Source of the DNA: Mariniphaga sp.
Lineage (GTDB): Bacteria; Bacteroidota; Bacteroidia; Bacteroidales; Prolixibacteraceae
Direction of reading: 5' to 3'
Length of the DNA: 64,000 bases
Assembly (NCBI GenBank): GCA_037128295.1
Contig: JBAXWR010000004.1
Span: 8,423-72,422 of the forward strand
Under the pieces are notes generated by a model. That model did not search any database. It was given only the letters and a program-made list of their open reading frames with translations, and had not been told where the DNA came from. Numbering within the stretch: the first letter of the stretch is position 1; each line of letters opens with the position of its first letter. This document shows, piece by piece, positions 45,861-55,465 of the stretch. Made by a program: the position numbers and the translations under genes.

Positions 45861-46110
45861 ATTTGGATTCATTCCAACATTTAACATTCATTATTATTTA
45901 CACCAATTCTCAGTGATTGTTTTTTCGAATAATTTTTTTTAGTGGCGGCACAATAAATATTTGATCTATGATTTGCATTTCCGCTTGCGCCGCCGGGGTT
46001 GGGGATATCTATGTTCTACATTACTTTAACACCTATGGTATATTGATCGGCGTTGAAATAAATTTTGGATTTCTTGAATGAGAATTTGTCTATAATTTCA
46101 GGACAAGAAA

Positions 46111-46178
46111 CCATTCCTTCGTTCCTTCATTCTCCCTTTCTCTCCCTCTCCCCGTCTCCCTTTTTCGGTCTCCGCTCT
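46111..46178. repeat. Polypyrimidine (plus strand) / polypurine tract
   Basis: 68 nt with 7 purines by my count. The uninterrupted pyrimidine core is 46131-46153 (TCTCCCTTTCTCTCCCTCTCCCC). Confidence 0.8.
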
Positions 46179-46184
46179 ACAATT

Positions 46185-46209
46185 GAGCCAGTTGCCAGCC
46201 GCCAGTATC
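46185..46209 (-). repeat. Heptamer-repeat copy (GAGCCAGTTGCCAGCCGCCAGTATC) overlapping the fadD stop codon
   Basis: Shares the CCAGTTGCCAGC core with 6107-6130. Confidence 0.6.
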
Positions 46210-47995
46210 AATCCTCCTCCCTCGAGGGTGCAAAGATCTCTTCGATAAGGTTCCTGTATTTTGCTTCGATAATTTTTCGTTTCAGCTTCAGGGTTTGCGA
46301 CAACTCACCAGTGGCAGAGGTCCACGGATCCGCAACCAGCCTAAAGCGTTTGATTTCTTCGTGTTGCCCCAATGTTTTATTGATTTCCTTTACATCTTTG
46401 AGAATAGCCGCTATCACTGCGGGTTTATTGATCAGATCGGTATTGTCGGTAAACAGCACCTCATTTTCGGCACTCCATTCGTGCAGGTATTCAAAGTTGG
46501 GGGAGATCAATGCACTGGCAAATTTCTCATGGTCGCCAATTACGATCACCTGCTCGATAAACATCGATTCCTTGAGTTTATTTTCGATCATCTGCGGTGC
46601 AATGTATTTGCCACCTGTAAGTTTGAATATCTCTTTTTTCCGATCAGTGATTTTCAAGTATTTACCTTCATCAAGGATGCCAACATCACCGGTATGGAAC
46701 CACCCATCCTTGTCAATGACCTCAGCAGTCAATTCAGGTTCATGATAATAACCCAACATCAGATTGGGACCTTTGGTGAGTATTTCGCCATCTTCGGCAA
46801 TTTTTACCTGAACGCCAGGCAAAACCGGCCCATTTGTACCCACTTTCATCTCTCTTGTAACCAAGTTGCTTACAGCAATTACCGGTGAAGTTTCAGTTAA
46901 ACCATATCCTTCTAAAACATAAATCTTTGCTGCGGCAAATACCCGAGCAATGCGTGGTTGTAAAGCTGCCCCACCCGAAACCACGATTTGTAGGTTGCCT
47001 CCCAGCGCTGCGCGCCATTTTGAATAGATCAGTTTATCGGCAATAGCCAATTGCATATGATACCAGGGATTAACTTTCATATTGTATTCGTAACTGCGTC
47101 CGAGATCGATTGCCCAGAAGAAAAGTTTTTTCTTAATCCCCTTCAGCATTTTCCCTTTGGTAAGGATACTGTTATAAACCCGTTCGAGCAACCGTGGCAC
47201 GCCACAAAAGATGTGAGGTTGTACCTCCTTGATGGCAGGCATAATTTGTGCAAGCGACTCAACATAGTACATCCCGATCCCTTTGTAGAGAAAGTTGTAA
47301 TTCACGATCCGCTCAAAAATATGGCAAAGGGGTAAAAATGACAATGCCTTATGGGCAGGGCCAAGATCGAAATTATTGGCATGGGCTGTAAAATTCGAAC
47401 AAAGGTTACGGTGTGAAAGCATCACCCCTTTCGGAATACCGGTTGTACCGGAGGTGTAAATCATTGTCACCATCTCGTTTTCACCGATCGACTGTTTCAT
47501 CTGATTCAAGGTAAATGACAACTCTTGTTCATGTTCCTTCCCAAGATTGTACAGATACTCAATATTTGTTGCTCCTTCTATCTTATTGAATGTGAACACT
47601 TTTTCGAGACTTGGAATCTCGCCTACCATCGGTCTCATCTTTTTGAAAAGCTTATCGTCCGAAACAAAGACAAAACGGGCTTCGGCATGGCTAAAAATAT
47701 ACCGGTACTCTTCTTCGCTGATGGTGGGATAAACCGGGACATGCACCGCCCCCGACATCGAAAGTGCCATATCCACAAAGCTCCATTCGGGGCGATTGCC
47801 GGAAACGGTAGCTACGCGATCGCCTCTTTTCAGTCCAAGTGCAATTAATCCCAAAGCCAACAGCTCCGAATTTCGCACAAATTGTTCTGTACTGAACGGA
47901 ATCCATTTATTGTCATATTTCCCGCAAACCGCATCTGTGCGTGGATAATTTTGCATACAATGCTCAAGAATGTCGAAGGTCCGCTTGATTGCCAT
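46208..47995 (-). CDS. fadD: Long-chain-fatty-acid--CoA ligase (AMP-forming)
   Basis: 595 aa with AMP-binding motifs (MIYTSGTTGIPKGVMLSH, GYGLTETS, GWFHTGDVG, KLTGGKYI). Confidence 0.88.
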   Translation of the reverse strand: MAIKRTFDILEHCMQNYPRTDAVCGKYDNKWIPFSTEQFVRNSELLALGLIALGLKRGDRVATVSGNRPEWSFVDMALSMSGAVHVPVYPTISEEEYRYIFSHAEARFVFVSDDKLFKKMRPMVGEIPSLEKVFTFNKIEGATNIEYLYNLGKEHEQELSFTLNQMKQSIGENEMVTMIYTSGTTGIPKGVMLSHRNLCSNFTAHANNFDLGPAHKALSFLPLCHIFERIVNYNFLYKGIGMYYVESLAQIMPAIKEVQPHIFCGVPRLLERVYNSILTKGKMLKGIKKKLFFWAIDLGRSYEYNMKVNPWYHMQLAIADKLIYSKWRAALGGNLQIVVSGGAALQPRIARVFAAAKIYVLEGYGLTETSPVIAVSNLVTREMKVGTNGPVLPGVQVKIAEDGEILTKGPNLMLGYYHEPELTAEVIDKDGWFHTGDVGILDEGKYLKITDRKKEIFKLTGGKYIAPQMIENKLKESMFIEQVIVIGDHEKFASALISPNFEYLHEWSAENEVLFTDNTDLINKPAVIAAILKDVKEINKTLGQHEEIKRFRLVADPWTSATGELSQTLKLKRKIIEAKYRNLIEEIFAPSREED

Positions 47996-48266
47996 AGTCG
48001 TTACATTTTCTGTAAAAGTAAAAATTGTTTGAAAAAATAACTATATTCCGCAATATTTTTGTTTTGGCAACTGATTTCAGATTCAATGCGATACAAAAAT
48101 AATTGCCTCAAACAGTTCACAAAAATGAATGAAAAGAGCAATAAATCATAATTATGGACTTTCAATATATTGATATATAGATATATATACACGTTGTTAT
48201 TTGTAATTAAATATCGTTTTGAGATCTTAAAAAAAGAGTGACCTTTGGTGGTTTTAATATCAAAAA

Positions 48267-48566
48267 GTGGGCATTTTGAAGAAAAAAAGCGACACCCCAA
48301 GGCGCAAAAGGATGAACAAACAGGCACGTTTACAGGCGGCAGTCCTTTGGATGAAGTCATACAATGGCAAAAGTTTGATTAAGGGCTATGCAAAGTGGTT
48401 CGGTGTGGATAAGCTTTGTTCCATCAAGGAACTAAAGATTCTGGGTGTCCCAATTTCTGAGACCCTTGAAAAACAGGTTACCGATTCAGTCAATCAGCGG
48501 AAGACAAAAAAAGGGATAGATTTACCTTTGCCTGCCGATTACAGTCCCTTTGAAGACTATTTATAA
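48267..48566 (+). CDS. Small basic hypothetical protein
   Basis: 99 aa from a GTG start, or 84 aa from the ATG at 48312. I recognise no motif. Coding status rests on ORF length in an otherwise AT-rich spacer. Confidence 0.4.
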   Translation: MGILKKKSDTPRRKRMNKQARLQAAVLWMKSYNGKSLIKGYAKWFGVDKLCSIKELKILGVPISETLEKQVTDSVNQRKTKKGIDLPLPADYSPFEDYL

Positions 48567-48623
48567 ATTGAACTTTTATGTAAATAAAATCCGTACATTT
48601 GAGGTTAATTTCAGACAATTACA

Positions 48624-49345
48624 ATGGAAGAATTTAAAAAGGTTTTGCTCAGTTTATCTCAAACATAATCAACTACGCACCCAAAATAGTAATAGCCCTT
48701 ATCATTTTATTTATTGGAATATGGGTAATTAAACAGATCGTCAGGCAATTAAAGTTGGTTTTGGTTAGAATGAAAATTGACTTATCGTTGATTCCATTTT
48801 TTACTTCATCTACGAGGGTCCTGCTTTATATCATGCTGCTCCTTACTTTTGCTTCAATTATTGGCATCGAAACCACTTCTTTTATTGCGCTGCTTGGTGC
48901 CGCAGGGCTTGCAATCGGATTGGCCTTGCAAGGAAGCCTCACCAATTTTGCAGGTGGGGTCCTTATCCTGATTTTTAAACCTTTTAACATGATTATTAAT
49001 TATTCCAAATCAGAAACCAGGTTGGTAGAATGGGTTTTCTGTATCAGTTATAGCGATAATATCGAGTCTGCGAGGAAACTTATAGCAAATGAAATATTTA
49101 CAGATAATCGGGTCATTAATCAATCTGATCCGTTTATTAAAGTCTCTGCATTGGCAGATAATTCGGTTAACCTACTTGTCCGTGCAGAAGTCCTGCAGAA
49201 ACATTATTGGGATGTCCTATATCTTTACAATGAAAAAATCAAACTGAGATTCGATCAGGAAGGGATCCATTTCCCGTTTCCCCAACATGAAATTCATTTA
49301 TCGGATTCCATTGAAAACCAACTATTGCAAAAAAGGAATTCGTGA
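48624..49345 (+). pseudogene. MscS-family mechanosensitive channel gene, disrupted (frameshift plus internal deletion)
   Basis: The ATG at 48624 gives MEEFKKVLLSLSQT-stop (stop at 48666). The other frame continues IINYAPKIVIALIILFIGIWV..., a typical MscS N-terminus. Adding one A to the A3 run at 48661-48663 restores ...LSQNIINYAPK.... After the pore helix (GGVLILIFKPF), about 45 aa of the beta-domain are missing before IINYSKSETR (junction about 48986-48995). Confidence 0.65.
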
Positions 49346-49426
49346 TTAAATTTGTATTGTTTCCCGGGGTGATATAAACTGATCCGGGGAGTTAGTGCCA
49401 ACAATAAAACTTAATAAATTGAAGTC

Positions 49427-51808
49427 ATGGACGAAAATGCAAACGAAATTGACCAGTTGATTGAGAAACTTGAGACCCTTGTAAAACGACAGGACGTTTT
49501 CTCAAAGGAAATCCAGGAGTTAAGCCACGAGATACACCGGCTTAAATACGCAATTACTTCCGAATCAGCCCCTGAACCAATTGAAGTTGAACCACCCCTC
49601 ATTCCCGATCAACCCAAAATAGAAATACCTGTAAAAGAAACAGTTGAGACTATTAAAGAACCAATAATAAGGCCATTTGGTTCACAAATTTTATATCCAA
49701 AAGAATCCAATCCTGAACCTGAACCAGAGAATGAACGTGTACTCAGTATTGAGAAATTCATTGGAGAGAACCTGATCAATAAAATAGGGATCGTCATTAC
49801 AGTGATAGGCGTTGCGATTGGTGCCAAATATTCGATCGATCATCAGTTGATCAGCCCATTGACACGAATTATTTTAGGTTATCTAGCAGGGCTTATCCTT
49901 TTAGGTTTTGGGATCAGGTTGAAAAGAGATTACAAGAATTACAGTGCGGTACTTGTGAGCGGAGCAATGGCGATCATGTATTTTATTACCTATTTTGCTT
50001 ACAACTTCTACTCACTTATGCCTCAATTAGTTGCATTTGCACTGATGGTTATCTTCACAATTGCTGCTGTGTATGCTGCCATTAAATACAATATGCAGGT
50101 TATTGCGCATATCGGATTGGTTGGGGCTTATGCCGTCCCTTTCCTTTTGAGCAATGATTCTGGAAACGTTATGGTACTTTACAGTTATATGGCCATCATC
50201 AATATCGGGATATTGGTAATTGCTTTCAAAAAGTATTGGAAATCAATTAATTACGCCGCATTTGCCATTACCTGGCTGATCTATATAATGTGGTACGACA
50301 ATGGATATAAAGTAGGTGAGCACTTTGGGTTGGCCTTGACCGTCCTGGCTATCTTCTTTTCTACTTTTTACCTGATTTTTCTGGCTTACAAAATGATCCA
50401 GAATGAGAAGTTTGAAAATGAGGATATCTGGTTACTGCTCACCAATTCATTCATTTTTTATGGGATTGGTTATTCCATTTTGGATTCAAATCCCGAGACT
50501 AAGCATCTGCTGGGTTTGTTTACAATACTAAATGCCTTTATTCACTTGATAGTCAGCATAAATGTTTATAGACAGAAATTGGTTGACCGAAATTTATTCT
50601 ATTTTATTGCAGGATTGGTTCTGGTATTTATTACGATAGCCGTTCCGGTTCAGTTGGATGGAAACTGGGTATCGCTTTTCTGGGTGGGTGAGGCCGTATT
50701 GCTGTTTTGGATCGGAAGGACCAAATGCAATGCGATTTACGAACAGCTTTCCTACATTTTAATGGTTCTGGCAGTTGCCAGCCTTGTGCAGGATTGGGCA
50801 ACCGCCTACAATGCTTTTGTTGTCTATAAACCTGAGACTAGGATAATACCAATTCTGAACATCAACTTCCTGACCTCCCTCTTGTTCATTTTGGCTTTTG
50901 GATACATCACATGGCTGAATTTCAATAAAAAATACTCTTCTCCATTGATTGATAAAGAGGCTTTGAAAGAGTTTGTTTCGTATGCAATTCCACTCGTTTT
51001 TCTCTTCATCCTTTACAATTCGTTCAGGCTTGAAATTACAGTTTATTGGGATCAATTGTATGATTCAACGGCTATCTCAAAACTTGCAGAGGGGAATCTG
51101 AAATCAGAGTTTTATCACGACCTTGACCTGATCAGTTATCGAAAGATTTGGATACTGAATTATTCCTTGTTCTTCCTTACCATCCTGTCCTTTGTGAATA
51201 TTAAAAAACTTAGGAACAAACAATTGGGATTGCTTAACCTTATATTGAACACCATTGCAATAATTGCTTTCCTGGTTCAGGGATTGTATGCGATCAGTGA
51301 ATTGCGCGAAAGCTATCTTGAACAATCCCTGGCCCAATATTATCAAAGGGGCGAATTCAATCTTCTTATCCGATATATCTCCCTGATTTTCCTTGCAGGA
51401 ATGGTTTATTCAGTTTTTCAATACATCCGTCAGGATTTTTTAGGGAAAGATTTAAAAAAGGAGTACGACCTGATGTTTCATGTTATTGTACTTTGGGTTT
51501 TAAGCAGCGAATTGTTCAGTTGGATGGATATTGCCACTTTGACGACCCACTCCTATAAACTGGGCTTGAGTATTTTATGGGGCGTTTATGCTTTATTGCT
51601 AATTTCTTTGGGTATCTGGAAACAGAAAAAGCATTTGAGGATTGGCGCAATCGTCTTGTTTGGGCTCACTTTGATCAAGCTTTTCTTCTATGATATTTCC
51701 CAACTTGACACAATATCAAAGACAATTGTATTTGTTTCTTTGGGAGTCCTTTTGCTGATTATTTCATTTCTCTACAACAAATTTAAAAATCTCATTTTAG
51801 ACGAATAG
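49427..51808 (+). CDS. DUF2339-like polytopic membrane protein with N-terminal coiled coil
   Basis: 793 aa. It has an N-terminal helical/coiled segment, a Pro/Glu linker, then about 20 hydrophobic helices. Confidence 0.65.
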   Translation: MDENANEIDQLIEKLETLVKRQDVFSKEIQELSHEIHRLKYAITSESAPEPIEVEPPLIPDQPKIEIPVKETVETIKEPIIRPFGSQILYPKESNPEPEPENERVLSIEKFIGENLINKIGIVITVIGVAIGAKYSIDHQLISPLTRIILGYLAGLILLGFGIRLKRDYKNYSAVLVSGAMAIMYFITYFAYNFYSLMPQLVAFALMVIFTIAAVYAAIKYNMQVIAHIGLVGAYAVPFLLSNDSGNVMVLYSYMAIINIGILVIAFKKYWKSINYAAFAITWLIYIMWYDNGYKVGEHFGLALTVLAIFFSTFYLIFLAYKMIQNEKFENEDIWLLLTNSFIFYGIGYSILDSNPETKHLLGLFTILNAFIHLIVSINVYRQKLVDRNLFYFIAGLVLVFITIAVPVQLDGNWVSLFWVGEAVLLFWIGRTKCNAIYEQLSYILMVLAVASLVQDWATAYNAFVVYKPETRIIPILNINFLTSLLFILAFGYITWLNFNKKYSSPLIDKEALKEFVSYAIPLVFLFILYNSFRLEITVYWDQLYDSTAISKLAEGNLKSEFYHDLDLISYRKIWILNYSLFFLTILSFVNIKKLRNKQLGLLNLILNTIAIIAFLVQGLYAISELRESYLEQSLAQYYQRGEFNLLIRYISLIFLAGMVYSVFQYIRQDFLGKDLKKEYDLMFHVIVLWVLSSELFSWMDIATLTTHSYKLGLSILWGVYALLLISLGIWKQKKHLRIGAIVLFGLTLIKLFFYDISQLDTISKTIVFVSLGVLLLIISFLYNKFKNLILDE

Positions 51809-51854
51809 GTTTGAATCAAATTGATTATCTTGAGCCCCTTAAAAATACCTGGTT

Positions 51855-53969
51855 ATGAAAAAATATTTTTTACTCTTTGTTACATCCATTATGGCATTGG
51901 TTGCAGTTTCACAAACGAATGTAAGTCCGGTGACGGAAAGCAACCCATTTCTCGAAACTTATCAAACTCCATTTGAAGTTCCCCCCTTTGATGCGATCAA
52001 ACCAGAACATTTTATGCCAGCCCTGAAAGACGGTATCAGTCAGCAAAAACATGAAATTAAGGCTATTACTATAAATGCTGCAGTACCCGACTTTTACAAT
52101 ACCATATTGCCCTTTGATAATTCAGGTGAATTGCTGTCCAAGGTATCACGAGTATTCAATAACCTCAACGGAGCCAATACGACCCCGGTCCTACAGAAAC
52201 TTGCCAGGGAAATTACCCCATTGATGACGAAACACAGGGACAATATTTCGCTTAATCCAGAACTGTTCAAGAGGATCAAAAGTGTGTATGACCGAAGGAA
52301 AGAGCTTAATCTTGACGTTGACCAATTGCGCGTTGTAGAAAAAATGTATAATGATTTTGTCAGGGGCGGTGCTAACCTTTCAGTTGCAGATCAGGCAAAG
52401 TTACGGACAATCAACGAATCTTTGTCCAAACTTAGCCTTCAGTATGGTGAAAATGTTTTGGCTGAAACCAATAAAACTTTTAGGTTGGTGATCGACAAAC
52501 AGAGCGACCTGGATGGTCTCCCCGCTGATGTAATTGAGGGTGCTGCAATTCAGGCAAAGAAAGATACCCTTGAGGGGAAATGGAGTTTTACCCTTCAAAA
52601 GCCAAGCCTTCTCCCATTTCTTCAATATGCGAAAAACCGTGACCTGCGCGAGAAATTATACAGAGGCTATTTTATGCGTTGCGATAATGGGAATGGTTTC
52701 GACAATAAAGCGATCATAAAAAAGATTGTTCAGCTCCGTCAGGAAAAGGCCATTCTGATGGGGTATCGCAATTTTGCTTCTTTTATTTTGGATGAAAACA
52801 TGGCCAAAACGCCGCAAAATGTGGATGCATTTCTTCAAAAGCTTTGGGTTCCGGCTCTGGGACGTGCAAAAAAAGAACTTCAGGAAATGCAGGCCATTGT
52901 CGATCAGGAGGGTGGCAAATTCAAGCTACAATCATGGGATTGGTGGTTTTATGCCGAAAAATTGCGCAAGGCAAAATACGATCTCGACGAGTCGGAGATG
53001 AAACCCTATTTTAGTCTCGAAAATGTCGAAAAAGGGATTTTTTATGTTGCAAACAAGTTATATGGTATCACTTTCGAGAAGAGGTCGGATATACCGGTTT
53101 ATCAGTCTGAAGTTTTGGCATATGAAGTGAAGGAGGCCAACGGTTCTCATCTTGGTGTCCTCTATATGGATTTTCATCCCCGGGATGGGAAAAGAGCCGG
53201 AGCGTGGTGTACAACGTACAGGTCGCAGCAATACCGCAAAGGAAAAAAAATCACGCCGATTGTGTCGATGGTGATGAACTTTACCCGCCCTGCCGGCGAT
53301 GTACCAGCTCTGTTCAGCTTTGACGAAGTTTCGACAGCATTCCATGAGTTTGGCCATGCTTTGCACCGTTTATTGCAGGATCAGCCTTACGACAGGACAG
53401 CAGGTGACGTGCCACGTGATTTTGTTGAGTTGCCATCACAAATTATGGAGAATTGGGCTTCGGAACCACTTGTTCTTAAGGCATATGCCAAACACTATAA
53501 AACCGGTGAAACAATTCCTGACGCACTGATTGCAAAGCTTGAAAAAAGCCGTCAGTTCAATCAGGGTTTCGAAACTGTTGAATACCTTGCAGCTTCGTTG
53601 CTCGACATGAAATATCATACTCCTGCCAATGCCATGATTGGTGATGTCAGGGCATTCGAAAATAAAGTTTTGGCGAAGGAAGGGCTGATCCCTGAGATTT
53701 TGCCGCGTTACCGGAGCACTTATTTTTCACACATCTTTAGCGGAGGCTACTCTGCTGGTTATTATGTTTATATATGGGCGGCTGTACTGGATGCCGACGC
53801 TTTTCAGGCGTTCAAAGAAAGTGGTGACTTGTTTAATCCCGAACTGGCCGGGAAGTTCCGCCAGTTGCTTGCCAAAAGCGGCTCAGACGAGGGGATGAAA
53901 ATCTATCAGCGATTCAGGGGTAAAGATCCTGACATCAAACCTTTACTGGAACGCCGGGGATTAAATTAA
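51855..53969 (+). CDS. dcp: M3-family peptidyl-dipeptidase
   Basis: 704 aa with a signal peptide, the zinc motif HEFGHALH and a downstream E in the FVELPSQ context. Confidence 0.88.
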   Translation: MKKYFLLFVTSIMALVAVSQTNVSPVTESNPFLETYQTPFEVPPFDAIKPEHFMPALKDGISQQKHEIKAITINAAVPDFYNTILPFDNSGELLSKVSRVFNNLNGANTTPVLQKLAREITPLMTKHRDNISLNPELFKRIKSVYDRRKELNLDVDQLRVVEKMYNDFVRGGANLSVADQAKLRTINESLSKLSLQYGENVLAETNKTFRLVIDKQSDLDGLPADVIEGAAIQAKKDTLEGKWSFTLQKPSLLPFLQYAKNRDLREKLYRGYFMRCDNGNGFDNKAIIKKIVQLRQEKAILMGYRNFASFILDENMAKTPQNVDAFLQKLWVPALGRAKKELQEMQAIVDQEGGKFKLQSWDWWFYAEKLRKAKYDLDESEMKPYFSLENVEKGIFYVANKLYGITFEKRSDIPVYQSEVLAYEVKEANGSHLGVLYMDFHPRDGKRAGAWCTTYRSQQYRKGKKITPIVSMVMNFTRPAGDVPALFSFDEVSTAFHEFGHALHRLLQDQPYDRTAGDVPRDFVELPSQIMENWASEPLVLKAYAKHYKTGETIPDALIAKLEKSRQFNQGFETVEYLAASLLDMKYHTPANAMIGDVRAFENKVLAKEGLIPEILPRYRSTYFSHIFSGGYSAGYYVYIWAAVLDADAFQAFKESGDLFNPELAGKFRQLLAKSGSDEGMKIYQRFRGKDPDIKPLLERRGLN

Positions 53970-53995
53970 TACATGATTACAAATTTTATTCAGAG

Positions 53996-54781
53996 ATGGA
54001 ATTATCACGAGATCCAAGGTTGGCAGTGCTTATCGATGCCGACAATGTCCCCTATTCCAATGTGAAGGGTATGTTGGCCGAGATTGCAAAATACGGCACA
54101 CCCACTTTTAAAAGGATTTATGGGGACTGGACAAAGCCAACGGTTGCTGGTTGGAAAAGTGTGCTCCTCGAAAGTGCGATAACACCTGTTCAGCAATACA
54201 GCTATACCTCAGGGAAAAATGCCACCGATTCGGCTATGATTATTGATGCAATGGATATTCTTTATACGGGACGCGTAGATGGTTTCTGTATAGTTTCGAG
54301 CGACAGCGACTTTACACGGCTTGCCATCCGGTTGCGGGAGGCTGGCATGAAAGTTTTTGGTATCGGGGAGAAGAAGACTCCAACCCCTTTTATTGCGGCA
54401 TGTGACAAGTTTATTTATCTTGAAATTATAAAACCTGTGGAAACAGTCGTCAAACAGGTTATTGTTCCGAAAGTGAAATCCAAAACCAAGTCAAAAACCA
54501 AGGAAGTACCGCCTGCCCCTCCGGTTAATGCCATTGAAATTGCCAACAAAGGGCTTGCTAAGGTCATATCCGATAGTATAAACGACCTTGCAGATGAAAA
54601 TGGATGGGCTTTTTTGGGCGATCTTGGAAATCTGATCCTTAAAAAGCAACCCGACTTTGATCCAAGGAACTATGGTTTTAAAAAACTAGTGCCACTGATC
54701 AAAAGCTTCGATCAATTTGAAATAGATGAACGCGAATCGGGGAAAAAGAATACTATTTTGGTTTTTGTGAGAACGAAATAA
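53996..54781 (+). CDS. NYN-domain (LabA-like) protein with C-terminal OST-HTH/LOTUS domain
   Basis: LAVLIDADNVPY...CIVSSDSDFTRLAIRLREAGMKVFGIG matches the NYN pattern. A K/T-rich linker follows, then a LOTUS-like C-terminus (GWAFLGDLGNLILKKQPDFDPRNYGFKKL). Confidence 0.75.
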   Translation: MELSRDPRLAVLIDADNVPYSNVKGMLAEIAKYGTPTFKRIYGDWTKPTVAGWKSVLLESAITPVQQYSYTSGKNATDSAMIIDAMDILYTGRVDGFCIVSSDSDFTRLAIRLREAGMKVFGIGEKKTPTPFIAACDKFIYLEIIKPVETVVKQVIVPKVKSKTKSKTKEVPPAPPVNAIEIANKGLAKVISDSINDLADENGWAFLGDLGNLILKKQPDFDPRNYGFKKLVPLIKSFDQFEIDERESGKKNTILVFVRTK

Positions 54782-54802
54782 ACTTAAGGAAAACATTTTT
54801 TT

Positions 54803-54810
54803 TATCTTTG
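54803..54810 (+). promoter_or_regulatory. Bacteroidota -7 promoter box TATCTTTG
   Basis: Exact TAnnTTTG match 30 nt upstream of the ATG at 54840. Confidence 0.45.
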
Positions 54811-54839
54811 TCAACTCATGTAACCTCTTCATTTTTGCA

Positions 54840-55442
54840 ATGAAAAAAGTAAAACTTAATATACTAGGTTTGTCGTACAGTCAAACACAGACTGGTGCCT
54901 ACGCCTTGGTCCTTTCCGAAGCAGATGGCAACAGAAGGATTCCAATTATTATTGGAGCTGTAGAGGCGCAGGCCATTGCAATTCAACTTGAAGGGCTCAA
55001 GCCACCTCGGCCATTGACACATGATTTATTCCTCAATGTGGCGCTGGCATTTGATATCGAGATTACCGAAGTTTTTATCCACAAATTGGAAGAAGGTATT
55101 TTTTACGCGGAGATTGTTTGCGAGCAGGGGTCAAACCGTATCAGGGTCGATTCCAGGACTTCCGACGCTATTGCATTAGCCCTTCGATTCGAGTGTTCCA
55201 TATTTACGACAGAAGATATCCTGGAAAAGGCAGGGATCATTATGGAGTTTGATGAATCGGGCGACCTGCACGAAAACGGGGTTTCAGACACCAATAAAAG
55301 TCAAAAATCGTCCGAGGCACAAACCCGTTATACGGATTATTCATTGGAAGAGCTTAAAGAATTGCTAAATGAAGCGATTTCCGACGAAGACTATGAGAAA
55401 GCATCGAAAATCAGGGATGAAATCAACCGGAAAAAGCGGTAA
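54840..55442 (+). CDS. Bifunctional nuclease (DUF151) with C-terminal UVR motif
   Basis: The LSEADGNRRIPIIIGAVEAQAIA...PRPLTHDL core plus a C-terminal EELKELLNEAISDEDYEKASKIRDEI UvrB/C-like helix. Confidence 0.8.
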   Translation: MKKVKLNILGLSYSQTQTGAYALVLSEADGNRRIPIIIGAVEAQAIAIQLEGLKPPRPLTHDLFLNVALAFDIEITEVFIHKLEEGIFYAEIVCEQGSNRIRVDSRTSDAIALALRFECSIFTTEDILEKAGIIMEFDESGDLHENGVSDTNKSQKSSEAQTRYTDYSLEELKELLNEAISDEDYEKASKIRDEINRKKR

Positions 55443-55465
55443 AATTATTATTTTTGTAATTATCT

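Noticed and set aside
46065-46888. Two long plus-strand ORFs (226 aa and 197 aa)
   Set aside because: Both are antisense shadows of the strongly supported fadD gene. Their sequences are low-complexity and Ser/Leu/Ile-rich with no motifs. The first also runs through the polypyrimidine tract.
48001-48360. 119-aa minus-strand ORF
   Set aside because: It lies in the AT-rich fadD upstream spacer, including a TA-rich low-complexity stretch (about 48168-48193). The composition is not protein-like.
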